Source: Acidobacteriota bacterium (GTDB lineage: Bacteria > Acidobacteriota > UBA6911). From it: a stretch of 64,000 bases of DNA. The notes below the pieces were generated by a model. That model had not been told where the DNA came from. It did not search any database and saw nothing but the letters and a program-made list of their open reading frames with translations. Where the stretch lies: assembly GCA_050011535.1 (NCBI GenBank), contig JBEKIX010000004.1, positions 19,995 through 83,994 on the forward strand. Direction: 5' to 3'. A program made the position numbers and the translations under genes. Numbering within the stretch: the stretch's first letter is position 1; the number at the start of each line of letters is the position of its first letter. Shown piece after piece: positions 41,047 through 49,897 of the stretch.

Positions 41047-41349
41047 CTAGGGGTGAAGCGCGGCGGGCGCGTGAATGCGCTGCACGCTGATTTCCTTTTC
41101 GCGTTTGCGCGTCTGCACGATGTCGAAGGCGGATTGCATTCTCATCAGCGTGTCCATCTTCACGCCAAAAGCTTTCTCGATGCGTAGCGCCATGTTGCCC
41201 GACAGGTCGGCCTTGCCGTTAAGCAAACTGGACAGAGCGGGGCGGGAAACCTGAAGCACGGCTGCTGCTGCCGTGATCGACAGGCCAGATGGTTCAATGA
41301 TCTCCGTCCGAATGAAATTGCCCGGATGGGGCGGGTTCTTCATAGACAT
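41047..41349 (-). CDS. HigA-family HTH (XRE-type) antitoxin-like protein
   Basis: MKNPPHPGNFIRTEIIEPSGLSITAAAAVLQVSRPALSSLLNGKADLSGNMALRIEKAFG is the addiction-module antidote (HigA) signature. Confidence 0.7.
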   Translation of the reverse strand: MSMKNPPHPGNFIRTEIIEPSGLSITAAAAVLQVSRPALSSLLNGKADLSGNMALRIEKAFGVKMDTLMRMQSAFDIVQTRKREKEISVQRIHAPAALHP

Positions 41350-41456
41350 GGCAAAAGCTCCTGTGCTGACGATTTGGGGGCTACGCAACTTCCGTATTCA
41401 CAGCTCGGAGTGTTGGCATTCATGCCGCCAATTCGGGAGTTGCGCAGCCCCCGAAT

Positions 41457-41666
41457 TTAGCGGCGGCGCGCAGCGCCATCCTTTGCGGCGGATTGTTGGG
41501 CAGCCTTCTGTGCGAGCCGCTGGAGAAACGGATCAGCATAGTGGTGTGATCGAAGCCACTGGACCAACTCGTCGTATGTCATGGTCGCGATCTCCCCACT
41601 GAGCCTGTCACGAATCTGACGCATGCTTTGCACGCAATCAAAAGTTTTTGACATGGGGCTATGCAT
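41457..41666 (-). CDS. Small conserved ORF (69 aa), copy 2
   Basis: MHSPMSKTFDCVQSMRQIRDRLSGEIATMTYDELVQWLRSHHYADPFLQRLAQKAAQQ. The ATG lies inside the ATGCATAG overlap with the PIN stop. Confidence 0.45.
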   Translation of the reverse strand: MHSPMSKTFDCVQSMRQIRDRLSGEIATMTYDELVQWLRSHHYADPFLQRLAQKAAQQSAAKDGAARRR

Positions 41667-42117
41667 CGATCGGCACCTCCCGAGGAGTGCGGATCTCCAA
41701 AAGAGGGTATCCTCTCTTAAGGTTTACCGCGTTATACGCATGAATCCGTCTGAGGTTCACGATATGCTTGAAGTTCCAGCTGACAAGGACATCGACTCGG
41801 GCTACCGTGGCGAGGGCGATGTGCAGAGCATCCGCGCGCATGCTCTCGGCAATAGCGCCGTCGTGTATGTAAGCAGCAGCCAGTTCTTCCGCTTCGGGGG
41901 AAATCGCGATGAGCTCGATGTGTGCGTCCGGCACGCGCGCCACTGCCTTGCTAACTGCGTCGGGAGCGGCCTCCAGTTCCCTGAGTGCGAGATCGGACAG
42001 AACGAGGATAAGCTCGCCGGCAACAAATGCCTCAACCAAACGGCGAGATGATTCGCGAAATTCCTCGTCTTCGCAGCCCCCTAAGGCCGAAGTGTCCGTG
42101 TAGATTCTCGGTTTCAT
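41659..42117 (-). CDS. PIN-domain ribonuclease-like protein (VapC-like toxin candidate)
   Basis: 152 aa. Conserved acidic residues in a PIN-like pattern: D near the N-terminus (IYTDTSAL), E (LELEAAPD), D (DALHIALA) and D/N near the C-terminus (VLVSWNFKH). Confidence 0.75.
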   Translation of the reverse strand: MKPRIYTDTSALGGCEDEEFRESSRRLVEAFVAGELILVLSDLALRELEAAPDAVSKAVARVPDAHIELIAISPEAEELAAAYIHDGAIAESMRADALHIALATVARVDVLVSWNFKHIVNLRRIHAYNAVNLKRGYPLLEIRTPREVPIDA

Positions 42118-42210
42118 GACACTATTCTACCAGAATTCAGGGGGACCCTCCCGATGCAATCCTCCAGTCCCTTCGCCTGCCCATCACGATCACACCGGCC
42201 TTGGACGGTG

Positions 42211-44088
42211 TCAGTTCGGAACGCCCGGAGCTTTTCCGGCGATGAGGGGAATCGCCGTCAGGATGCCCTGCTTCTCAACCAGCGCGACCGCGACAAAGGT
42301 CGCGCTGCTTTGTCCCCGAAGGACCAGAGAGCCTTTAAAATCTGTGCGGCCCAGAGTCTGCCATAAGTATTTTGCGATTTGTTGCCCTGGGAGGAGCGTC
42401 AAGGTGACGGTGTCATCGACGACCGTCCCATCCTGGCCCACCAATGCCAATTTGATGGCGATGGTTTGGCTGCTTGGGTTGGCAATGGCGTAAAGCGTCT
42501 GCTTGCTCTGACTGGTGTTATTGTCCACTGGAATTGTCGCGTACTGCAGCGATTGCGATTGGAGAACGCCCACCATTGTCTGCATAACCCCGCCAACCAC
42601 GTACTCATAGGTCGCTACTGCGGTCAGTGAGCCTCCCGCGCTATCCAATTGTCCCCATCCGGTCGTCACTGGACTGCTTGTAGTCAAGCCGGTAGCTGAT
42701 AAGAAAATGGTTCCTCCAGAGGGAACTGTAAAAGAAAAGGAATACCCAGGCAATGCGGGCTGTGTGGTCCCGGATGAATCGGTTAACGTGCCATTCACCA
42801 AGAAAGGATTTCCCTGCGGATCCGTCAAAGTCAGGCTTCCCGGTGCGGACGCTGACCTAGTGTTGGTGACGGTAAAGAGCGTGGAATAGCCACCTCCGAC
42901 CGCCACCTGAGGAAAGAAAAATGAACAAGTGAAGTTCGCGGTGACCGATGCGTTTCCCGTGATGGTGAAGGTCGTGCTGGCCGCGGAATTGTTGGAGAAG
43001 CTGCCTCCGGTGCCCGACCAGCCGCTAAAGACGTAATTTGCCGCCGGTACGGCAGTCAACGAAATCCCTGTTCCTGAGGTGTAGCCACCCGTGCAGTTCG
43101 TACCCGTGTTGACCGTAACGCTTCCGCCCGCTGGTGGGCTGGTAGTCATCGACAGCGTGTAGCATGACGGCACGTAGGCAAAAGTCACCTTGCGGATGCG
43201 TTGGTTGTCCTGGTCAGCGATGAACAGGCTGCCCGCCGCATCCACCGCTACGCCAGTCGGGTCAGCGAGCTTGGCGGAAGTCGCCGGGCCGCCGTCTCCG
43301 CTGTAACCCCAGTTTCCATTTCCCGCCACCGTCCTGATCACCCCATCGGTTGTCACCTTGCGGATGACATTATTGTTGGAGTCAGCGATGAACAGGTTGC
43401 CCGCCGTATCCACCACTACGCCGGATGGCCAATTGAGCTGGGCAGAAGTCGCCGGGCCGCCGTCGCCGCCGAAACCAAGGGTTCCATTTCCTACCACCGT
43501 GCTGATGACGCCAGTGGAGGCGGTCACCTTGCGGATGCAGTTGTTATAAGTGTCAGCGATGATCAGGTTGCCCGCCGCATCCACCGTTACGCGAGATGGG
43601 TTAGAAAGCTGGGCAGAAGTCGCCGGACCGCCGTCGCCACTGAAACCACTGGTTCCATTTCCCGCCACCGTGCTGATAGTTCCACCTGCAACCTTGCGGA
43701 TGCGGCTGTTACCTGCGTCAGCGATGAACAGGTTGCCCGCCGCATCCACCGCTACGCCTACTGGGTAACCCAGCTGGGCTGAAGTCGCCGATATGCCATC
43801 GCCATAGCCCTGAGTCCCTCCACCTGCCACCGTGCTGATGATTCCAGTTGACGCAGTTACCTTGCGGATGCGGTTGTGACCTGGGTCAGCGATGAACAGG
43901 TTGCCCGCCGCATCCACCACTACGCCGGATGGCCAACAGAGCGTGCCTGAAGTCGCCAAGCCGCCGTCGCCGAAAACCGTGCCTCCATTTCCAGCTACCG
44001 TGCTGATGATCCCGGACTGAGCAAAGCCAATCGAGCTCAGTTGCGCGAAAAACAGGAAAGCCAAACCCATTCGAGTTAATGACCTCAT
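42211..44088 (-). CDS. Secreted NHL-repeat (six-bladed beta-propeller) protein with a C-terminal Ser/Thr/Gly-rich beta-rich domain
   Basis: Signal peptide (MRSLTRMGLAFLFFAQLSSIGFA). About 6 NHL repeats of the form GxxxxPxGVAVDAAGNLFIADxxNxRIRKV. The C-terminal ~300 aa is low-complexity and beta-rich. Start set at M50 of the ORF. Confidence 0.75.
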   Translation of the reverse strand: MRSLTRMGLAFLFFAQLSSIGFAQSGIISTVAGNGGTVFGDGGLATSGTLCWPSGVVVDAAGNLFIADPGHNRIRKVTASTGIISTVAGGGTQGYGDGISATSAQLGYPVGVAVDAAGNLFIADAGNSRIRKVAGGTISTVAGNGTSGFSGDGGPATSAQLSNPSRVTVDAAGNLIIADTYNNCIRKVTASTGVISTVVGNGTLGFGGDGGPATSAQLNWPSGVVVDTAGNLFIADSNNNVIRKVTTDGVIRTVAGNGNWGYSGDGGPATSAKLADPTGVAVDAAGSLFIADQDNQRIRKVTFAYVPSCYTLSMTTSPPAGGSVTVNTGTNCTGGYTSGTGISLTAVPAANYVFSGWSGTGGSFSNNSAASTTFTITGNASVTANFTCSFFFPQVAVGGGYSTLFTVTNTRSASAPGSLTLTDPQGNPFLVNGTLTDSSGTTQPALPGYSFSFTVPSGGTIFLSATGLTTSSPVTTGWGQLDSAGGSLTAVATYEYVVGGVMQTMVGVLQSQSLQYATIPVDNNTSQSKQTLYAIANPSSQTIAIKLALVGQDGTVVDDTVTLTLLPGQQIAKYLWQTLGRTDFKGSLVLRGQSSATFVAVALVEKQGILTAIPLIAGKAPGVPN

Positions 44089-44247
44089 GGATAATGTCCT
44101 CCAAGGAAGCTCCTCAAAGGTCCCGGAACGCCCCGATCCTAGATTCTTGGGAAACGATAGTCTGCAGATCTTAGCGCAGCTGAATAGGCGCAGATGTGAA
44201 ATTCCATTCCCCAGGAATCGCGGGGATTTAACCATTTAAGATATCTA

Positions 44248-44787
44248 TTAGACGGCGCGGACCTCCACCGACATGGCGTTGATCTCGTCGATCAAACTGG
44301 AAAACATTTGGCCCGTTACCTTCAGTTCTTGGTCCTGATGAAGCTGCCACGAAAGCACCTTGATTCTCGTGCAGTTTTTACCAACTACAGATTTGCTATG
44401 AACGATCCAGTTTCGAACAATGCGCAGATCTCCCATGAGATCGGATGTCACCCTTTTCGCCTCCACTCCAACTTCCTTTGCGATCTTGCGGCGATATAGT
44501 CCCTCCCATTCTGAAAAGATGGCCACGATGATCGACTTGTCGATGGTGTCTGAGAACTCGCCGTCTCTAGCAGACGACGCCACTGCGACCCTGAGCTTTA
44601 TTCTTGAATGGGTTTTCCCTTGGTCGGGGTGGCCGGTGCCAATAAAGAGGCTTGGATCCTGGCCCTCCACGAGGCGAGACCTTAGTTTGTCCGCCACGTT
44701 TTGAAGGCCCATCGTTGCAAACGTGAAGCATGTAAAATATTGGTGGCAGCGCTCCTGGAACCGTGACAGCTCTTCACTCTTATTCAT
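44248..44787 (-). CDS. Hypothetical protein with an R-x4-H (RNWIVH) HEPN-like motif
   Basis: 179 aa, predicted helical. No similarity to the housekeeping neighbours. Bordered on its upstream side by a ~340-bp AT-rich noncoding stretch. Confidence 0.4.
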   Translation of the reverse strand: MNKSEELSRFQERCHQYFTCFTFATMGLQNVADKLRSRLVEGQDPSLFIGTGHPDQGKTHSRIKLRVAVASSARDGEFSDTIDKSIIVAIFSEWEGLYRRKIAKEVGVEAKRVTSDLMGDLRIVRNWIVHSKSVVGKNCTRIKVLSWQLHQDQELKVTGQMFSSLIDEINAMSVEVRAV

Positions 44788-45125
44788 GCGTTCGTGTGAT
44801 GTCTAACTTGAGTTATAGTGGTCTCGTGAAAAGGAATATGCCGCCGGATTTGGCGGAATATCTCCGCAGCCAGCAATGCTTCTTCAGCAAATCCTGATGA
44901 TATAAAACATCTTAACACAAATGGGCACTCGCCGCGTATCCAGATAAGAGGGACAGGGTCAGGTCTGGATAATTTACTTTTTGTTTGGATGCGCCAGTGC
45001 AGAAGAGTTCGAAAATGAGTGAATTCTCCAGACTTGACCGCTTTCCCCACTACTTCAAACCCGGTTCGTCTCGCCGGAAGAGTGCAGGGCTTGAAAAATC
45101 GGCGTTTGGACTCCGCGCTGCGCGA

Positions 45126-46157
45126 CTACCAGCGCCAATGCTCTCCGAATTCCCCCTGGGCGTGTTTCGATATTATCTCAAAAAAGGGATCTTCGTGGAA
45201 TGCCGGTTCTTGGGAATCCGCGGATTCCATTTCCGCAAGAATCGCCGTAGTGCAATCCCGGAGACCGGCCGGGCTGTAACCACCTTCCAGCACGAAGCAG
45301 ATCTTCCCTCCGCAGCAACGGTCCGCCGCCTTGAGCAGGACGGCGCAAACCGCGGCATATCCGGCCACACTTACGGCAAGGCCACCGAGCGGATCGCCGA
45401 GAAGCGCGTCAAATCCCGCTGAGACCAGGAGAAACTGCGGCTGGAATTGATCGAGAATTGCCGAGACGATGCGGCCATAGATCGGAACAAACACGCCGTC
45501 ACCCGTGCCCGCCGGCAGCGGGAAATTGATGTTGTATCCCCAGCCGTCTCCAGCGCCCAATTCCGTCGAGGCGCCAGTTCCCGGGAAATAGGGGTATTGA
45601 TGTGTCGAGACAAACAGCACCGTCGGATCATCATAAAACATTGCTTGCGTGCCATTGCCGTGATGGACGTCGATGTCTACGATAGCCACTCGATCCAGCC
45701 GATGCTTGTTTCTGAGGTGGGCTGCCGCGAGCGCGACATTGTTGAACAGGCAAAACCCCATGGCACGCTCGCGCTCGGCATGATGTCCGGGAGGCCGGAT
45801 AAACGCGAAGACGCGATCGGTTTCCCGGCTGCAGATCTCATCCACACAGGCCAGCACGCTCCCGGCGGCCAACACAGCGGTATCATAACTTGCGGCGGAA
45901 ACCGGAGTGTCGAGATCAAGAAAGGCCGGGGCCATTTGCGCGGCTCTCCGCACCCTTTCCACATGGTTCCGGCTATGGACGAGTTCGAGCTGCTCTGCGG
46001 TGGCGGGACGAGCATCGACGCGGTGCCAGCGCTCTTCGACCCCATACGCGTCGAGCGCCTGCTGGATGTGTGCGAGGCGGCTTGGCGATTCGAGATGTTG
46101 GACGCCCGGGTCATGGAGTTGAAACCGGCGGTCAATCAGAAATCCCGGTTTGCGCAT
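45126..46157 (-). CDS. Histone deacetylase-family protein (acetoin utilisation AcuC / acetylpolyamine amidohydrolase-like)
   Basis: The class I/II HDAC catalytic motifs are present: HHGNGTQ, DIDVHHGDG-like (VDIDVHHGNG) and the GGGY C-terminal motif (EGGY). Confidence 0.8.
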   Translation of the reverse strand: MRKPGFLIDRRFQLHDPGVQHLESPSRLAHIQQALDAYGVEERWHRVDARPATAEQLELVHSRNHVERVRRAAQMAPAFLDLDTPVSAASYDTAVLAAGSVLACVDEICSRETDRVFAFIRPPGHHAERERAMGFCLFNNVALAAAHLRNKHRLDRVAIVDIDVHHGNGTQAMFYDDPTVLFVSTHQYPYFPGTGASTELGAGDGWGYNINFPLPAGTGDGVFVPIYGRIVSAILDQFQPQFLLVSAGFDALLGDPLGGLAVSVAGYAAVCAVLLKAADRCCGGKICFVLEGGYSPAGLRDCTTAILAEMESADSQEPAFHEDPFFEIISKHAQGEFGEHWRW

Positions 46158-46170
46158 CGCGCGGCGCCTT

Positions 46171-47436
46171 TCAGGCTACGACGCAATGATGCTGCTGAAT
46201 GTGAGCTGAAAACTCATCGTAAAACTTTCTGATGTAGCTCTCCACGGGCATTGCGGCCGCATCGGACAGCGGACAGATCGTGCGCCCCTTCATGTTGGTG
46301 CAGATGTCGAGCATGACTTCCAGTTCGCCGGGGCGCCCCGTCCCGTTTTCAATGCGCGTCAGAATCTGATAAAGCCACTCGGTGCCCTCGCGGCACTGCG
46401 TGCACTGCCCGCAGGATTCCTCGGCATAGAACCGGGTGATGCGGCGAACGGCCTTTACCATGCACGTGGTTTCGTCCATCACGATCACGCCGGCCGATCC
46501 GAGCATGCTGCCGGCCTTGGCGATCGAATCGAAGTCCATTCGAACATCGACCTGGTCGGCGGTCAGAATAGGGACCGAGGAGCCTCCCGGCACCACGGCC
46601 TTGAGCTTGTTCCCGTTCCGTATGCCGCCGCAGTGATCATAGATAAGTTCCCGCAGGGTGATGCCCATGGGGAACTCATAGACTCCCGGCTCTTGCACGT
46701 GGCCGCTGACGGCGAACAGCCTGGTGCCGGCATTGCGATCGGTTCCGATGGCGGCAAACCAATCCGCGCCGTTGATGATGATGTCCGGAATGTTTGCGAG
46801 AGTCTCGACGTTGTTAATCACGGTCGGGCAGCCATACAAGCCAACGACGGCCGGGAAGGGAGGCTTGAGCCGAGGATGTCCCCGCTTTCCCTCGAGGGAT
46901 TCCAGCAAAGCGGTTTCCTCGCCGCAGATGTAGGCGCCCGCCCCACGATGGAGAACAATCTCCAGATGGTAATCCGTCCCCAGGATATTCTTCCCCAGAT
47001 ATCCCTTCTCGTACGCCTCATCCAGCGCCTTCTTCATTACCCTGGCGCCGAAGAAGAACTCGCCGCGCAGGAAAATGAACGCCTGATGGCAGCCCAGCGC
47101 GTACGCGGAGATGATCGTGCCTTCGATGAGATGGTGCGGATCCTTCTCGATGATCACGCGATCCTTGAAGGTCCCAGGTTCGCTCTCATCGCCGTTGACG
47201 CAGAGATAAACAGGTTTGCCGGAGTTTTTGGGCACGAAACCCCACTTCATCCCAGTCGGGAATCCGGCGCCCCCGCGGCCGCGCAACCCTGAGCGCTTCA
47301 CGATTTCGGTCACCTGCTCGGGTGAATGCTCGCGCAACGTCTGGCGCAGTCCCTGATAGCCGCCGAGCGACTCATAAACTTCGATACTGGTTAGATTGGG
47401 AATATGCAGGTTCTTGGTGAGGATCTTTGCGGACAT
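46171..47436 (-). CDS. nuoF: NADH-quinone oxidoreductase 51-kDa subunit homolog (NuoF/HoxF family; FMN, NADH and 4Fe-4S binding)
   Basis: GRGGAGFPTGMKW (FMN site), GAGAYICGEETALLESLEG (NADH site) and ESCGQCTQCREG (N3 cluster Cys). Start set at M56 of the ORF (MSAKIL...). Confidence 0.85.
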   Translation of the reverse strand: MSAKILTKNLHIPNLTSIEVYESLGGYQGLRQTLREHSPEQVTEIVKRSGLRGRGGAGFPTGMKWGFVPKNSGKPVYLCVNGDESEPGTFKDRVIIEKDPHHLIEGTIISAYALGCHQAFIFLRGEFFFGARVMKKALDEAYEKGYLGKNILGTDYHLEIVLHRGAGAYICGEETALLESLEGKRGHPRLKPPFPAVVGLYGCPTVINNVETLANIPDIIINGADWFAAIGTDRNAGTRLFAVSGHVQEPGVYEFPMGITLRELIYDHCGGIRNGNKLKAVVPGGSSVPILTADQVDVRMDFDSIAKAGSMLGSAGVIVMDETTCMVKAVRRITRFYAEESCGQCTQCREGTEWLYQILTRIENGTGRPGELEVMLDICTNMKGRTICPLSDAAAMPVESYIRKFYDEFSAHIQQHHCVVA

Positions 47437-47476
47437 CTGCAATGGCGTCCCTTTCGTAGGATGCGGAACGGCCATT

Positions 47477-48142
47477 TTACCATGCAGGGCCGCTTCGTCC
47501 ATCCTGATACTGGCCGACGCGCACCTGAGCCGGACGCACCAGGGAGTCCCCCATGCGATAACCGCGAAGGAGCTCCTCGACGACCACGCCATCCTGGGCA
47601 CGATCCAAGACTGGCACCACCCCGATCGCCTGGCTCACATTCGGATCGAAGGGTAGCCCCAGAACTTCGACAGGCTCAATCTCCTGCTTCTTCAGCTTGG
47701 CTCGGAAGAGGTCGACAGTCATTTTCAGGCCTCCCACCAGGTCATCATGGGTGCCTGCCTGCGATTCGGCCCGAAGCGCGCGTTCCAGGTTGTCGAGGAC
47801 TTCAAGGAAGGGAAGGAGCAGATCCTGCCTGGCACGCGCGAACTGGCGTTCATGTTCCGCTTCGAGGCGGGCTTTTACGCGGGCAACCTCCTGATCGATT
47901 TGCTTCACCTTCTCCGCGTAGCGCCGCTCGGTCTCGGCCGTGCGCGCCATCAGCTCTTCCACATAAGAAGGGTAGCGCGGCTTTTCCTCAACCGGTCCGG
48001 AAGAAATGGCGACTTCATCCACATTTGCGAAATGACGTTTGTCCACGACTTTGAACTCGGCCGACTCCTCGAACGTATCTACCGCAGGTTCGGCGGGAGC
48101 TGGCGGCTTGGTGCTGTTGATGGGGATCTTCCTGCTTTCCAC
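47477..48142 (-). CDS. grpE: Nucleotide exchange factor GrpE
   Basis: Long coiled-coil N-terminus and the C-terminal GrpE beta domain. The characteristic L.RA.AEFENYRKR-like region (LLRAKLKKQEIE... RYAEKVKQ) is present. Confidence 0.8.
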   Translation of the reverse strand: MESRKIPINSTKPPAPAEPAVDTFEESAEFKVVDKRHFANVDEVAISSGPVEEKPRYPSYVEELMARTAETERRYAEKVKQIDQEVARVKARLEAEHERQFARARQDLLLPFLEVLDNLERALRAESQAGTHDDLVGGLKMTVDLFRAKLKKQEIEPVEVLGLPFDPNVSQAIGVVPVLDRAQDGVVVEELLRGYRMGDSLVRPAQVRVGQYQDGRSGPAW

Positions 48143-48247
48143 GTCGTTGGCACCTCTCGTTTTGATACTCCGGCGTGCGAGTTTTAATCCCGCTGCTCGC
48201 CGGCAGAGATAACAAGGATGGTGAGTAGACCAGAATCACGATGAACG

Positions 48248-49087
48248 TTACAAAGTCCTGCCCAGAAGCCTCTCGATCCGCTTTTGCATTGGGGGGTGAG
48301 TGTTGAACAGGCTCGTCAATCCGCCGCCCGAGAATGGTTGCACGATGAACATGTGGGCCGTACTCGGGGAAGCCTCCATCGGCAGGCGCTTGGAGTAGCT
48401 TTCCAGCTTCTGCAGCGCGGCCGCGAGCCCATAAGGGTTTCCTACCATTTCGGCTCCGGTGTGGTCTGCCTCATATTCTCGCGTTCTGGAGATCCAAAGC
48501 TGAATGAGCATCGCGGCGATAGGAGCCACGATAACAGTCACGAGACTCCCCAGACCGCCACCGCGCCCTCCACGATCCCGGGAGCCGCCAAAAATCATCG
48601 CGAAGCGGGCCATGTTGGCAAGCCACATGATCACACCTGCGATGGTGGCGGCGATGCTGCTGGTGAGAATGTCCCGATTCTTGACGTGAGACAATTCGTG
48701 CGCCAGCACCCCCTGTAACTCGTTTTCATCGAGAAGCCGCAAAGCGCCCTCAGTGACCGCCACGGATGCATGCTCCGGATTGCGTCCTGTAGCGAAAGCA
48801 TTCGGCGAATCCGTATCGATGAGGTAGACCTTGGGTATCGGCAAGCTGCTGCGGGCGCAAAGGAAGTCGAGCATGGCATAAAGCCGCGGCGCCTGCTCGC
48901 GAGTGACCGGCTTGGCTCTGTACATCCTCAGTGCGATCTTGTCGGAAAAGAAATAGCTTCCGAAGTTCAGAAGCACAGAAAAGACCAAGGCTATCGTCAA
49001 GCCTTGCTCACCCCAAAGGCTTCCAAGGAAAATGATGATCCCGGTCATAAGACCGAGCAACATGACCGTCTTTATGTTGTTTATCAT
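48248..49087 (-). CDS. htpX: Zinc metalloprotease HtpX (M48)
   Basis: HELSHVKNRD (HExxH). Two N-terminal TM helices and further TM after the active site. Start set at M19 (MINNIK...). Confidence 0.85.
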   Translation of the reverse strand: MINNIKTVMLLGLMTGIIIFLGSLWGEQGLTIALVFSVLLNFGSYFFSDKIALRMYRAKPVTREQAPRLYAMLDFLCARSSLPIPKVYLIDTDSPNAFATGRNPEHASVAVTEGALRLLDENELQGVLAHELSHVKNRDILTSSIAATIAGVIMWLANMARFAMIFGGSRDRGGRGGGLGSLVTVIVAPIAAMLIQLWISRTREYEADHTGAEMVGNPYGLAAALQKLESYSKRLPMEASPSTAHMFIVQPFSGGGLTSLFNTHPPMQKRIERLLGRTL

Positions 49088-49444
49088 AGCAACGCAAATT
49101 CTAACACAGACCGTCCGGCTTGAGGCTGATCCTGGCGCCAAATGTCTTTGTCAAACAGGCCGCAATGTCCTTGATGACAATCAGCTTGCCGTCGCTACTG
49201 CAACGGGCGAAGCCGTCAGCTCCCTCGATTTCTCATCGAGGAGTCTTTTGAGCGGTCGGGCGCCATAGACAGAATCATATCCTTGACGTGCGAGCATCTG
49301 AGCCGCCTGCAGAGCCTCTTGCGCCTTGATCGTGAGCTTGTCGAATCAATAATCCACTATATCGGCTGATGCGGTGATAAGTGGCGAGTAACGAAAAATG
49401 CTTCCGTCACCCGCCACTCGTCAGTAGCCTATCCATCCGCCGCC

Positions 49445-49897
49445 TCACTTGGCGTTGACCGGGATATCCCGTGGCTTGACTTCAGGCTTCTGGGGCACAG
49501 TAATGATCAGAATGCCGTTTTTGAACTCGGCCTTGATGTGCTCGCGGTCTACCGATTCAGGAAGCGTGAAGGAACGGGTGAACGAACCGTAAAAGCTCTC
49601 CATACGATGGAAGTCGTTGCGCTCTTGATCGTTTTGCAGTTTCTTTTCCCCTTTGAGGGTCAGAACGTTGCCTTCGAGCTTCAGGTCGATGTCCTTTTCC
49701 TCAACGCCTGGGATCTCGGCACGGAGGATCAGGTTGCCTTCCTTCTCAAGGATGTCCACCGCAGGCAGCCAGCGATCATTGCTCTTGGACAAGGGGGAGC
49801 GGAATGGGTCGTTAAAGAAATCCTCAAACAGCGAGGTGTTCTCGGGCCATAGCCCTGAAGGTGTTTCGGATCTTCGAACATATGGGATCAATCTCAT
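49445..49897 (-). CDS. Hsp20/alpha-crystallin family small heat-shock protein
   Basis: Alpha-crystallin domain (PAVDILEKEGNLILRAEIPGVEEKDIDLKLEGNVLTL...) and the C-terminal I-x-I motif (ILIITVP). Confidence 0.85.
   Translation of the reverse strand: MRLIPYVRRSETPSGLWPENTSLFEDFFNDPFRSPLSKSNDRWLPAVDILEKEGNLILRAEIPGVEEKDIDLKLEGNVLTLKGEKKLQNDQERNDFHRMESFYGSFTRSFTLPESVDREHIKAEFKNGILIITVPQKPEVKPRDIPVNAK

Larger units (their letters stand above)
41456..42117. repeat. Repeat copy 2 (intact) of the PIN/small-ORF unit
   Basis: See copy 1. Confidence 0.85.

Noticed and set aside
43201-43782. 193-aa plus-strand ORF with internal repeats (DEQVARRIHRYA...) inside the NHL-repeat gene
   Set aside because: The repeats are the mirror image of the NHL repeats on the minus strand. 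The ORF is an antisense artefact.
45040-45080. tRNA-like T-arm (ccggttcgtctcgccgg) in the AT-rich boundary region
   Set aside because: The T-loop deviates from consensus (T instead of A58). I could not build a D-arm, anticodon arm and acceptor stem around it. This needs tRNAscan-SE, but by eye it is not a tRNA.
48143-48247. CIRCE (HrcA) element upstream of grpE
   Set aside because: No TTAGCACTC-N9-GAGTGCTAA-like inverted repeat could be found in the grpE or hsp20 leaders.
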